Shown in pieces: positions 47,505 to 57,674 of a stretch of DNA of 64,000 nt. A model generated the notes under the pieces. That model had not been told where the DNA came from. It saw only the letters and a list, made by a program, of their open reading frames with translations, and ran no database searches. Source of the stretch: Promethearchaeota archaeon (lineage in GTDB: Archaea > Asgardarchaeota > Lokiarchaeia > Sigyniarchaeales > SOKP01); NCBI GenBank assembly GCA_016839765.1, contig JAEOTP010000069.1:32001-96000 (forward strand), read 5' to 3'. Numbering within the stretch: position 1 is the stretch's first letter; each line of letters starts with the position of its first letter. The position numbers and the translations under genes were made by a program.

Positions 47505-48398
47505 TTATAAAAATAATGCGCCAATTGCGCCACAGAATTCAGAGTTGTTTAAGAATATTGCTTTTTTCTTATGAACTTTAGAAATTAATGATAAAATTTT
47601 CCTTACTATTCTATTTTCTTTTAAAAATCCTCCGCAAAAAATAATATTCATAAAATCATTATTATCAGCCATTAAATTTGCCAGAGTTCCTATATTTTCT
47701 CCAACCATGCAGATTATTGAATTTAGAAGATCTTCCTTTTTCAAATTATTCAGATTAAAATTTAGATCAATTTTTCCTAATGATGCTGCTGTAAATTCCC
47801 TAAATAGTAAATCAATTCTTTGATCTTCGGGAGGATAAATATCACTAACTTTTAAATCAACATTATAGCGGTTTCCTTTCTTAGCCATTTCAATCGCTTG
47901 TTGATAATCTTCTATATTAAATAATAATTTACTCAAACCCATAAAAAATCCACCTCCTAAAGCGGTTCCGCCTATATGTGAAAACTCTTCTTTTTTTGAA
48001 ACCATTGAAGTGCCAGTGCCAATCATCACGATTAGGGAATGAGGTAAAGGTTGGTTTTTATTAAATTGAAATAAAAATCCTACACCCTTTACATTTGCTT
48101 CAAATTCATCAATCAATTCGCAATGATATTCTTCCTCATATTTTTTAAAAATATTATAAGCTTTTCCACCAGTTAATTTAACTTGGTTAAAACCAGACTT
48201 ATTAAATTCAAAAAACTCAGAAATTTTGTTAAAACTTTGTTTTGTTGGAAAGATTGATAAAATCATATTACCTCCATCAATATATGCAATCTTTGTAAGA
48301 CTTTGGCCTATATCAATTCCAACTTTTTTAGATAATAATTTTTCTTCAAAGGAAGATACCTGAATTTTAGCAGTATTTTGTTTAAAAATAATAAACAC
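47505..48398 (-). CDS. Type II pantothenate kinase (Fumble/CoaW family)
   Basis: GIDIGQSLTK, TGGKA, DEF, IGTGTS, GGTALGGG, VDLKVSDIY, AASLGK and GAIGA motifs. Confidence 0.85.
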   Translation of the reverse strand: MFIIFKQNTAKIQVSSFEEKLLSKKVGIDIGQSLTKIAYIDGGNMILSIFPTKQSFNKISEFFEFNKSGFNQVKLTGGKAYNIFKKYEEEYHCELIDEFEANVKGVGFLFQFNKNQPLPHSLIVMIGTGTSMVSKKEEFSHIGGTALGGGFFMGLSKLLFNIEDYQQAIEMAKKGNRYNVDLKVSDIYPPEDQRIDLLFREFTAASLGKIDLNFNLNNLKKEDLLNSIICMVGENIGTLANLMADNNDFMNIIFCGGFLKENRIVRKILSLISKVHKKKAIFLNNSEFCGAIGALFL

Positions 48399-48481
48399 CC
48401 GAAGGGAATTTAATAAAAGTTTATTTAATTATGTAATTTTAACAATTTATTGTATTAATGAATTATCCATAGAACTTTACA

Positions 48482-49897
48482 ATGAATAATAATTCATCAA
48501 TAGCAGAAGCTACGCAAGTTGCACTAATAAAAAGTACTACTTCCAAAGACGCAGTTTTAGAGGGAATTTCAAAATTAGGCGGGATTTCAAAATTTGTCAA
48601 AGAAGGAGATCTTGTTTTTATAAAAATTAATTTAAGAAACCCAGGTGGTTTTCCTACCAACACAAACTTTGATGTTATCAGTTCAGTAATTTCCTTATGT
48701 ACAGATGCTGGAGCTAAGGAAATATATGTCGGTAGTTTTCCAGACCAACATGTTAAAATTAAAGCTTTAGCTGATGCTTTAGATCTTCAGACACTTTTTA
48801 AGAAGTGTAGAGCTAAATTATTACTATTAGATGATGAAGCGAAATATTCCCAAGAGATAATAAATCTGAATAATAAAGAGTTTAAAGTACCATCAGCAAT
48901 TTTAAGATGTGACAAAATAATCTCAATCAACCAGGTAAATGTAGATCCAGTATTCGCATGTACCTTAAACTTACTTAATTCGTATTCAATTGTTTCGAAC
49001 GAAGCTCAACAAATTAAAAAAGATCTAAGAGTGGGAAGAGATTATCTGCATCTTGATCAATATAAAAAGGATTTAATCTCGAATATTTTAGCTGTTTTTA
49101 TGATAAAGAAACCAGATTTGGTAATAAATGATTTATTCTATGTTTTAGAAGGAGCGGGACCCTTCAATTATAAAGATTCAAATTTAAAAAAGACCAGCTT
49201 TATGGTAATTGGTAATGATGCTGTTGCAGTTGATTCCATTACTTTAAGGTTATTAAATATTGATATTAGTAAACAAGATCTATTAATGGAAGCTCGTGAT
49301 AAAAAAATAGGTATTGTAGATCTTTCCGAAATTAAATTAATTGGGGAAGATATAGACAAAAATAAATTGGATATAAAATTCTGCGCATCTAAATTGGAAG
49401 ATGTGACAGTTAAGAATACTGACATAAAAAAAGGGAGATTATGTTCCGGATGCTTTAACCAGGCATATCATCTACTTAATCTTATGAAATCGAAAATGAC
49501 TAAAGATTTAAAATACATAGAGAGGCAATCATTATTAATTGGGGAAAAACCCCACGAACCAGAATTTTTAGAAAATATTTTAATTTTTGGAGATTGTGCT
49601 ATAAATAGTACGAAAGATCGTACTTTCAGGAAAATAGTTATAGAAAAAGGTAAAAATCTAATTGAGAAGGCTAAAAATAAAATCAAAAAGGAAAAGAAAA
49701 AGAAATCTAAGAGTAAGACTAAAATTATATCGAATAAACAAATATTAGAATTACCTGGTTGCCCTCCTGATATCTTGAAATGCGTTTCTTCAATAATTAA
49801 ATATTACGGAAAGGATGAAGTTCCAGGTTTGAATTTATATTATAATTTAATAAGTACATATGTAGATTTTAAGAAAATCGAGGCTAAGAAGAAGTAG
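48482..49897 (+). CDS. DUF362 domain protein with C-terminal Cys module
   Basis: GGISKFVKEGDLVFIKINL, LEGAGP, DAVAVD; CSGC...GDCA...PGCPP. Confidence 0.8.
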   Translation: MNNNSSIAEATQVALIKSTTSKDAVLEGISKLGGISKFVKEGDLVFIKINLRNPGGFPTNTNFDVISSVISLCTDAGAKEIYVGSFPDQHVKIKALADALDLQTLFKKCRAKLLLLDDEAKYSQEIINLNNKEFKVPSAILRCDKIISINQVNVDPVFACTLNLLNSYSIVSNEAQQIKKDLRVGRDYLHLDQYKKDLISNILAVFMIKKPDLVINDLFYVLEGAGPFNYKDSNLKKTSFMVIGNDAVAVDSITLRLLNIDISKQDLLMEARDKKIGIVDLSEIKLIGEDIDKNKLDIKFCASKLEDVTVKNTDIKKGRLCSGCFNQAYHLLNLMKSKMTKDLKYIERQSLLIGEKPHEPEFLENILIFGDCAINSTKDRTFRKIVIEKGKNLIEKAKNKIKKEKKKKSKSKTKIISNKQILELPGCPPDILKCVSSIIKYYGKDEVPGLNLYYNLISTYVDFKKIEAKKK

Positions 49898-49912
49898 GAG
49901 AAAAAAGCATAA

Positions 49913-51457
49913 ATGTTCGATAATAACTTTAAAAGTAATTGGAAGAAAATATTGAATTATAATAATAAAATAAATTTAGTAGAGAGCCCAGAAGAAATAA
50001 GAGAACAAGTAAGGATTCCATTAACACCTATACATATTGAAGGATATTTACTATATTACCTATTTGAACTGCTTTATCCTAAATTCGTAAATGATCAGCA
50101 AAATATTTTAGATATAATCCTTTCGGATTATGACATTGAAAATAAAGTGCTAGGAATATATTTATATAAGACAAAAAAAGCAGGAATCCATGAATCTATC
50201 GAGGAATTACCGAAGGATTTAGTGATAATAAAAGAAAAAGACATTACAGATATGAATCAATTATTTAATATGGTTCAATCTCATATCAGTGATAAGAAAA
50301 GTGTAAAAATTTCCTCTATTCGAATATTTACGAGACGAGGGATAGATTTAATTAATACATATTGTGATAACCTAGAAAAATATTCAATATATGAATTTCT
50401 ATATCGTTTTCTAGATTTAATTCAGAAATTAATTAACGAAAATCTGATTTATTTATTCCCTGAACCTAATGTCTATAGATTTTTAAAAGATTTTTTCAAA
50501 ATTTTAAATAACTTAAAGTTATCGAAATTATTTAGAATCATTGAAAGCTTTATTTCAAGCTTTGCCACAGTTTTAGTTTTTTACTCAAGAAAGTTAAATA
50601 TTATTACTGAAATAAATAAAAGAGATTCAAAACTCAATGAATCCAAAATTTCTATTAATTTAAGAACAACTAAAGACTTAGATTTAGAAGTAAAGCAATA
50701 TCTATCAAATAATTCGTTATTATTAGTCCAAAAAAAACTTAATTCTGAAAGTGTTGTGAATTTAAGTCAAGATCATTTAATTTCATTCTTTTTAGATTTA
50801 TTCGATTTAGAAATTCCAATAAAAAAAGAAAATTTCAAATTAATACTTCAAAAATTTATTTATGGGATAAGATCCTTTGAAATTCATTGGAATCTTTTAC
50901 CACGTCCAAGAATATATAATACCTTAATACGGTTTTTAGTGCGGTTGTTAGGAATAAATATTAATTTTAAAAAGCTTTCTCATTGGGCAATTCCAGATAT
51001 GTTTTTTAGCTTAATAGATACATATTTTGGATTAAATTCAAATATTCTACTTATCATAGTGAATAAAAATAGAATTTTCACTAAAACATCTCTATTATTA
51101 GAAATTGAGAATAGTTCCTTGATAAAAATTATCCCAATTGATAATCCAGAGATAATTGTAAAGAAAAAAGTTGATTCACTTGATTCAATTAGAAATTCTT
51201 TTTTAGAAAAATTTGGAATTAATCCAATTATAGTTAAAGTAGATAAAAACCTTATCCAAATGATAATATCTGTCTTAATCTTCAAGATTTATAAACTTAA
51301 ACCACTTTCTCTTCTAAAAGTCCTTAAAATGATTAAAAAAGAAGAATACTTTCAAATCCATCCGATATTACCTCCTTATCAATTAATCAGGAAAATGGGA
51401 ACTATATCACTTTTAAAACTTTGTTTATCAATACTCATCGATAAACATGAATTTTGA
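49913..51457 (+). CDS. Hypothetical protein
   Basis: 514-aa ORF, 15 nt after the DUF362 gene; no motif recognised. Confidence 0.7.
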   Translation: MFDNNFKSNWKKILNYNNKINLVESPEEIREQVRIPLTPIHIEGYLLYYLFELLYPKFVNDQQNILDIILSDYDIENKVLGIYLYKTKKAGIHESIEELPKDLVIIKEKDITDMNQLFNMVQSHISDKKSVKISSIRIFTRRGIDLINTYCDNLEKYSIYEFLYRFLDLIQKLINENLIYLFPEPNVYRFLKDFFKILNNLKLSKLFRIIESFISSFATVLVFYSRKLNIITEINKRDSKLNESKISINLRTTKDLDLEVKQYLSNNSLLLVQKKLNSESVVNLSQDHLISFFLDLFDLEIPIKKENFKLILQKFIYGIRSFEIHWNLLPRPRIYNTLIRFLVRLLGININFKKLSHWAIPDMFFSLIDTYFGLNSNILLIIVNKNRIFTKTSLLLEIENSSLIKIIPIDNPEIIVKKKVDSLDSIRNSFLEKFGINPIIVKVDKNLIQMIISVLIFKIYKLKPLSLLKVLKMIKKEEYFQIHPILPPYQLIRKMGTISLLKLCLSILIDKHEF

Positions 51458-51478
51458 AATATAGATTTAAAGATTAGA

Positions 51479-52579
51479 TTATTCTAAATAACCTTTTACT
51501 TTTAATAATTCAGCATTTAATATTGCTCCACCAGCAGCTCCCCGTATTGTATTATGACTTAACCCTATAAACTTAAAATGAAATACATTATCTTCTCTCA
51601 ATCTTCCAATAGTTACAGCCATCCCTTTATCATTCTCTCTATCTTTTTTTGGTTGAGGTCTATTACTATTTTCTAAATAAATTATTGGCTGTTTAGGTGC
51701 AAAAGGTAATTCTAACTCTTGGGGAAGTGATTTAAATTCTGTCCAAATTCTTATAATATCTTCCTGGGAAGGAATTTTATTTTTAAACTGAATACTCACG
51801 CATGCAGTATGACCATCACTCACGGGAACTCTCGTACAGGTAGCACTAATTTGGATTGATTCATCATTTAATATTCCATTTTTACCTAAAGTTCCCATTA
51901 TTTTTGCAGGTTCTTTCTCAGATTTTTCTTCCTCTCCATTAATGAATGGTATGATATTATCTACCACATCTAGAGAGGCAACTCCTGGATATCCTGCTCC
52001 GGAAACTGCTTGAAGCGTGGTAACTATTAATTTATCAACTTTATACCCAGATTGTTCTAATGCGTAAATTGGGGTCACATAGCTTTGAATTGAACAATTT
52101 GGTTTTACTACAACAAAACCATTAGAAAATCCTCGATTAGTTTGCTGTATAGGAATAACTTTTACATGTTCATGATTTACTTCAGGTATTATCATTGGAA
52201 CATCTAAAGTCCATCTATTAGCAGAACTATTACTTACAATTGGAAGTCCTTCTTTAGCATACTTAAATTCAATCTCACGTGTATCTTCTTTTTTGGGTAG
52301 ATCCATTGCAGAAAACATAAAACTAATTTCTGAATCAATATTATTGAAATCTTGTACGTCTCTTACTATTAAATCTTTCAAATTATTAGGAATTTCCATA
52401 GGCATCTGCCATTTATGGTTTGTCGCTTGCTCATACGTTTTTCCAGCAGATCTTGGTGATGCAGCAACATCTGCTACTTCAAACCAAGGATGATTCTCTA
52501 ATAATCTAATATAATTTTGCCCTACCATCCCAGTAGCTCCCAATATTCCAACTTTTAATTTTCCCAAGAGTTTTATCAC
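51479..52579 (-). CDS. asd: Aspartate-semialdehyde dehydrogenase
   Basis: LGATGMVGQ, PNCS, QAVSGAG, RVPVSDGH and HNTIRGAAG motifs. Confidence 0.96.
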   Translation of the reverse strand: MIKLLGKLKVGILGATGMVGQNYIRLLENHPWFEVADVAASPRSAGKTYEQATNHKWQMPMEIPNNLKDLIVRDVQDFNNIDSEISFMFSAMDLPKKEDTREIEFKYAKEGLPIVSNSSANRWTLDVPMIIPEVNHEHVKVIPIQQTNRGFSNGFVVVKPNCSIQSYVTPIYALEQSGYKVDKLIVTTLQAVSGAGYPGVASLDVVDNIIPFINGEEEKSEKEPAKIMGTLGKNGILNDESIQISATCTRVPVSDGHTACVSIQFKNKIPSQEDIIRIWTEFKSLPQELELPFAPKQPIIYLENSNRPQPKKDRENDKGMAVTIGRLREDNVFHFKFIGLSHNTIRGAAGGAILNAELLKVKGYLE

Positions 52580-52697
52580 TCCATCTGTTATTTTTAATTT
52601 AAAATTTAAAATGAGTGTACATTGAATAATTTTATTAAAATATTAAGTGTTAGATTTATTATAGACATTACATAAAAAACTAATTTTTGTGAGATAA

Positions 52698-54077
52698 ATG
52701 CAGAACATCAATGATGATTTATTAAAGCAAGCAGAAGAATTAGAAAAACAATCTAAAAATGAAATTAAAAATAAGAATTTAAATGCTGCAATTTCGTTAT
52801 TATTGAATGCTAAAGATATTTATGCGCGATTGGGTCTTACAGGTCAAGTTGGAATATTACTCAAGGAAATAGTTAGATTGAAAAATCTTGAAAAAGAAGA
52901 ACCAAAACCATTTTCTTTAAAAAAGGAAGAAATAAAACCAATTTTTCTAAAAAAGGAAGAAATGAAATCAATATCTCCAACTATAAATATAAGTCCTCCT
53001 ATCGATACAAAAATTAAAATGGAAATTAATGGTAAAGATGTTTTAGAGTCAAAAGGAAATCAGTTATTAGAAGAGGCGAGGTATTTAGCTTTAAATAACG
53101 AATTAAGTGAATCAATTAAAATATATAATGAAGCTTATGATATATTTAAAAAAATAAATCATACTTATGAATGTAAACAAATTTTATGGCAAATTAATGA
53201 AATTAAAGAATATCAAAAATGGGGAAAATCTCGTAAGTCTAAAGGTATCCAAGTTCCAGTGAAAGATATTATATCATTGGCAGCAGCTGAAAAAAGGAGA
53301 TTATGGATTCAAGAGCAATTACAAGAAGGTAACCGAGCAAGATCAGTCCAAATCGATGAAAGTAAAACAAAAACCAAGCAAAAGAAATCATATAAAATAT
53401 TTGAACAACGATCTAAAAAAGAAAAATTAGATGAGGAGAAAAGAAAAGCTGAATTAAAATTACTGCAAGAACGACAAGAGCAAAGAAAACAAATAATGGG
53501 AGAACGTGAAGAGAAAATAATAAAATTACGTGAACAAAAACAAACAGAGGAAACATTGCAGAAAATTGCTGAAGAATTTTTAGATAAAGCAACTAAATCT
53601 GTCCAGAAAAGAGAATATGATGAAGCTAAATTGAATTATGAAAAAGCAATAGAAATCTTTACGGGATTAGGCTGGAGCAGTCAGGTAAAAGTATTGAGGC
53701 AAGAATTATGGAATGTAGATCGCTATAAAAAAGAGTATGAAAAGAAACTTGAATTTAATCTATCAGTAAGACAGAGAAGTGAAGAAGAATTTCAGAAGAG
53801 AGTTAAAACCATGAAGAGTGATTATATAAAGTATCAAGAAAGAGTTCTAGAACAAATGAGCGATTTCCCTCCCGAAGTAAAGGCTAAATTAGAAAAAGCT
53901 CAATTAATAAAGGAAAAAGCAGATAAAGAAGAAAGTCTAAATAAACTAGGAAGAGTCTTAGAGCGGTATAAATATATCTTAAAGTTATATTTATCAATCC
54001 CAAAAGAAACAGTTGACTTAACAGACGAGGTTTCTAATATTAAACAAAAAATCTCACAATTAGAGAATAATATATAA
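52698..54077 (+). CDS. Protein with repeated TPR/MIT-like three-helix units and coiled coil
   Basis: Four units of the type L..A......A...Y..A..IF..LG; charged helical linker. Confidence 0.7.
   Translation: MQNINDDLLKQAEELEKQSKNEIKNKNLNAAISLLLNAKDIYARLGLTGQVGILLKEIVRLKNLEKEEPKPFSLKKEEIKPIFLKKEEMKSISPTINISPPIDTKIKMEINGKDVLESKGNQLLEEARYLALNNELSESIKIYNEAYDIFKKINHTYECKQILWQINEIKEYQKWGKSRKSKGIQVPVKDIISLAAAEKRRLWIQEQLQEGNRARSVQIDESKTKTKQKKSYKIFEQRSKKEKLDEEKRKAELKLLQERQEQRKQIMGEREEKIIKLREQKQTEETLQKIAEEFLDKATKSVQKREYDEAKLNYEKAIEIFTGLGWSSQVKVLRQELWNVDRYKKEYEKKLEFNLSVRQRSEEEFQKRVKTMKSDYIKYQERVLEQMSDFPPEVKAKLEKAQLIKEKADKEESLNKLGRVLERYKYILKLYLSIPKETVDLTDEVSNIKQKISQLENNI
52891..52980 (+). repeat. Three 30-bp in-frame tandem units
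   Basis: aaaaagaagaaccaaaaccattttctttaa / aaaaggaagaaataaaaccaatttttctaa / aaaaggaagaaatgaaatcaatatctccaa. Confidence 0.8.
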
Positions 54078-54125
54078 TTTAAAATATTTAAGTTATCTAG
54101 TTAATTACTTATTCCTTGATATTTA

Positions 54126-55172
54126 ATGAAAAATCCCTTCTCAGAATTTTATCACGTTCCCAACTCGAAAGAGCTTCTAGATATTGCTTTTAGAAGAGCT
54201 ATGAAAAGTTCTACTCAAGTATCTAAAAATGCGCCCATTTTAATAAAGGCTAAAAAAAAGGAATCTAAACGTATCAAGGTAGCAATCGAAGAGTTAATTG
54301 AAAGAATTCTCAAAATCATAAAAAGTGTTCCAATAATAGATGAATTACCGGATTTTTATAAAGAATTAGCCTCATTATTAGTAGATATTGATAAATTAAA
54401 ACTAACTCTTGGCAAAATAAATGGAATTTTACCAATATTAAGCCAAATTGAAAGAGATCATTCAAAACAATTAAACCGGATTGAAAACCCTAAAGAGGGA
54501 GATAAAATAAGAAGAGCTGCATTTGGTAGAATTTCTTCAATTTTGAGGAAACAAAATAAAAACCTTGAGTATTTAAACAATATACGGGGAAAATTGAGAG
54601 AAATTCCATCAATTGATTACTCATTACCATGTATAGTCGTTGCAGGTTATCCAAATGTTGGAAAGAGTAGTTTAGTAAAAAATATTTCAACCAATAAAAA
54701 AATAGAAGTTCAGGAGTATCCATTTACTACTAAACAAATAATAATGGGTCATATTGAAATAGATCGAAAATTTGATAAAATTAAAATACAATGTTTGGAT
54801 ACTCCTGGTATTTTAGATCGACCTATGTCAAAGAGAAACAATATTGAGCTTCAAGCAATATTAGCATTACGTTTAATTTCAGACTTGATTATTTTCATTT
54901 TTGATCCTACTCCCGCATGCGGTTATTCAATTGATTCTCAAATAGAATTGTTTTATGAGATAAAAAATAGTTTTAGTAGAGATGGTAAGATTAAAATTTT
55001 TGTTGTATTGAATAAAATGGATTTAACAAGCCAATCAGAAATATCTTATCTAAAAGAAAGACTAGACTTAAATGATAATGATTATATCATGACCAATGCC
55101 CTGACGGGTGAAAATCTTGACATTTTAAGTTCACTTATAAAAAGTAAATATGGTAAGGAGGAATTATTTTAA
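54126..55172 (+). CDS. Nog1-family GTPase
   Basis: GYPNVGKSS, YPFTTK, DTPGILDRP...RNNIE and NKMD motifs. Confidence 0.93.
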   Translation: MKNPFSEFYHVPNSKELLDIAFRRAMKSSTQVSKNAPILIKAKKKESKRIKVAIEELIERILKIIKSVPIIDELPDFYKELASLLVDIDKLKLTLGKINGILPILSQIERDHSKQLNRIENPKEGDKIRRAAFGRISSILRKQNKNLEYLNNIRGKLREIPSIDYSLPCIVVAGYPNVGKSSLVKNISTNKKIEVQEYPFTTKQIIMGHIEIDRKFDKIKIQCLDTPGILDRPMSKRNNIELQAILALRLISDLIIFIFDPTPACGYSIDSQIELFYEIKNSFSRDGKIKIFVVLNKMDLTSQSEISYLKERLDLNDNDYIMTNALTGENLDILSSLIKSKYGKEELF

Positions 55173-55205
55173 TTAAATAATGCTTATTGTTAATAAGATT
55201 TCCAT

Positions 55206-56309
55206 ATGGTTAATTTAAATATTTTAGGTTTAGATATTGGAGGAGCAAATACTAAAGCTGCCTTGATCCAATGTAATATATTAAAAATTCAGAAAACCTA
55301 CTCTTACATTGAATATTTTCCATTTTGGCAACAAAATTTAGACCAAATTCCTAATTTATTTAAACGAATTATTGAAAAATTACTAAATAAAAATCAGATA
55401 AAACAAAAAGATCTCGATTATATTTCTATTACAATTACAGCAGAGCTTTCTGATGCTTTCCAAACAAAAAGAGAAGGTATAGAAATAATTGTAAATTATT
55501 TGAACAAGGTGTTTAATAAAGATAAAATGTTTTTTATTAATACGAACTGTGAATTTGTCAAATTTGAAAAAGTAAAAAATGATTATTTGTCTATTGCTGC
55601 CGCAAATTGGGTTTCAACCTCCCTATTCTTAGGAAAATTCATACCAAAATGCATTTTAATTGATGCGGGTTCTACTACTGTAGATATTATTCCAATTTTA
55701 GGTTCAAGGCCTAATACCATTGGTAAGACAGATATAGAACGCCTAATCAATCATGAACTAATTTATACTGGAGGTTTAAGGGCAACAATACCCTCAATTA
55801 CTCATTTCGTTCCATACAAGGGTGAAAAAGTAAGGATTTCTTTTGAAAAATTTGCTTTAATTTCAGATATTCATAGAATTCTAAATAATGTCTCAGAAAA
55901 AGATTATATCAATGATACTGCTGATAATAGAGGAAAATCAATTGATTATTGCTATGCGCGGTTAGCCCGTATAATATGTATGGATATTGAGACAATAACT
56001 AAGGATGATTTATATAAAATTGCCAATTATGTATATGAAAAGCAATTGGAAATTATACAATTAGAAATTTCTCAATTTATGGCATCTCTTTATTCTAGAT
56101 TACCAGAATTTCAGAATGATTTAATATTTATAATAACTGGTTTAGCAGCAGATTTTTTGATTAAAAAAGTATTAACAAGATTAGGTTTCAATAATATTAA
56201 ATATTTTGAAAGAGTAACTAATATTCCTGATAAAATAAATTCCTCTGCTTTAGCAGTAGCAGGAGCTTTATACTATAAATTACAAAATGGCATAGAAAAT
56301 GGCAACTAA
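55206..56309 (+). CDS. mfnF: Hydantoinase-A-like methanofuran biosynthesis protein MfnF
   Basis: GLDIGGANTK, TAELSDAF.TK.EG, AAANW, DAGSTTVDIIP and RLARIIC motifs. Confidence 0.82.
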   Translation: MVNLNILGLDIGGANTKAALIQCNILKIQKTYSYIEYFPFWQQNLDQIPNLFKRIIEKLLNKNQIKQKDLDYISITITAELSDAFQTKREGIEIIVNYLNKVFNKDKMFFINTNCEFVKFEKVKNDYLSIAAANWVSTSLFLGKFIPKCILIDAGSTTVDIIPILGSRPNTIGKTDIERLINHELIYTGGLRATIPSITHFVPYKGEKVRISFEKFALISDIHRILNNVSEKDYINDTADNRGKSIDYCYARLARIICMDIETITKDDLYKIANYVYEKQLEIIQLEISQFMASLYSRLPEFQNDLIFIITGLAADFLIKKVLTRLGFNNIKYFERVTNIPDKINSSALAVAGALYYKLQNGIENGN

Positions 56310-57027
56310 AGTAGCTATCTTTAAAATTGGCGGTAAAATTTTAGACAATAGTAAACATTTGATTAATACTATGGCTCAACTAACTCAACTATATGAAGAC
56401 AATAATATTCAAAAAATAATACTAATTCCTGGTGGAGGGGCCTTAGCCAATTTTGTTAGAAATATGCATTTAGAATTTAAAATAAATGATGAACTGGCCC
56501 ATTGGATTGCGATTTATTCTATGAACTTTAATGGGTTAGAGTTAAGACGAAAATTCCCTCATCTAGGAATCGTTGAAGATTTTGAACATCTTAAGAATGA
56601 AAAGCGAATATTTTCAATATTTTTACCATATAAGTATCTCAGACTCATTGATCCTTTACCTCATAGTTGGGACGTGACTTCAGATTCAATTGCATTATAT
56701 TGTGCTTATTGCCTTGGACTAAATGACTGTTTTTTAATTAAAGATATAGATGGAGTTTTAGATAAAAATAGTAGTGTTATAAAGGAGTTAACTACAAAAA
56801 AATTTATAAAATTAAAGAAAGAAGACGATTTAGCCAAAACTAATGCAAATTCATCAGATATTAAAGAGCAATCTAAACCCATTGATGCATACTTAACTAA
56901 ACTCATTGATTTACATAAGGTAAATTTAATAATTCTCAATGGAGTTAGCCCTAATTTAAGAATTGTAAAATATTTTTCCAATACTAACCAAAGAAATAAA
57001 ATTTATACTAAAATTAATTTTGAGTAA
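56299..57027 (+). CDS. mfnE: Amino-acid-kinase-family methanofuran kinase MfnE
   Basis: KIGG, PGGG..ANFVR, AHWIAI, LPHSWDVTSDSIA and KDIDG motifs; overlaps mfnF. Confidence 0.8.
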   Translation: MATKVAIFKIGGKILDNSKHLINTMAQLTQLYEDNNIQKIILIPGGGALANFVRNMHLEFKINDELAHWIAIYSMNFNGLELRRKFPHLGIVEDFEHLKNEKRIFSIFLPYKYLRLIDPLPHSWDVTSDSIALYCAYCLGLNDCFLIKDIDGVLDKNSSVIKELTTKKFIKLKKEDDLAKTNANSSDIKEQSKPIDAYLTKLIDLHKVNLIILNGVSPNLRIVKYFSNTNQRNKIYTKINFE

Positions 57028-57150
57028 AAGGCTCTAGCCTTAAATTTAATGTGAATAAAATTGTATAAATGTAATTAAAGTTTTAATTAGAACATTGCTA
57101 AATATTCTATATAGATAATTTCAAAATAAAATATTTAAAGTGCGATTAAT

Positions 57151-57651
57151 ATGGATGATGAACAAATAAAAAAAAGTGCTGAATTTTTGATAGCCAATCT
57201 TGCTGGTAAAGAAGTACCTGGTAGAGTAAAATTTAATGTGAGATATAAAACTCTAGTTGATTTTGCTAAGATTTATGGGATAACTGATTCTAAATATGTT
57301 GGTTCAGAAGAGGAAGGAATTATTGCGTGCCATGCATTTGCTAATAACTTTACTATAAAAGCTCTTTATAAACTGCTACTAGGTATAAAATTGGTACAAA
57401 ATGGTGAAGAACGTCCTTTTGTAACAAATCCTGGGAAATTATTGCATATGGGTCAAAAATATAATTGGGATGGTTGTGTAGAACTTAAACAAGGAGATAA
57501 ACTCAATATCACTGCCAAATGGGGAAAAGTGTGGCTAATTGAAAAGAATATGATGCTTTTGGCTGAAGTTCATGTAGAAGTAAAAAACCAAGATGGTGAA
57601 ATGGTCGTACGGCCTGTAGTAACCGCGGGTGTTAGGCCAGGGGGTTATTAA
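57151..57651 (+). CDS. MaoC-like hotdog dehydratase, non-catalytic-type partner
   Basis: FAKIYG, LLHMGQKY and KNQDGEMV motifs. Confidence 0.7.
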   Translation: MDDEQIKKSAEFLIANLAGKEVPGRVKFNVRYKTLVDFAKIYGITDSKYVGSEEEGIIACHAFANNFTIKALYKLLLGIKLVQNGEERPFVTNPGKLLHMGQKYNWDGCVELKQGDKLNITAKWGKVWLIEKNMMLLAEVHVEVKNQDGEMVVRPVVTAGVRPGGY

Positions 57652-57674
57652 TATAATAAATGGAGGTAAAAAAG

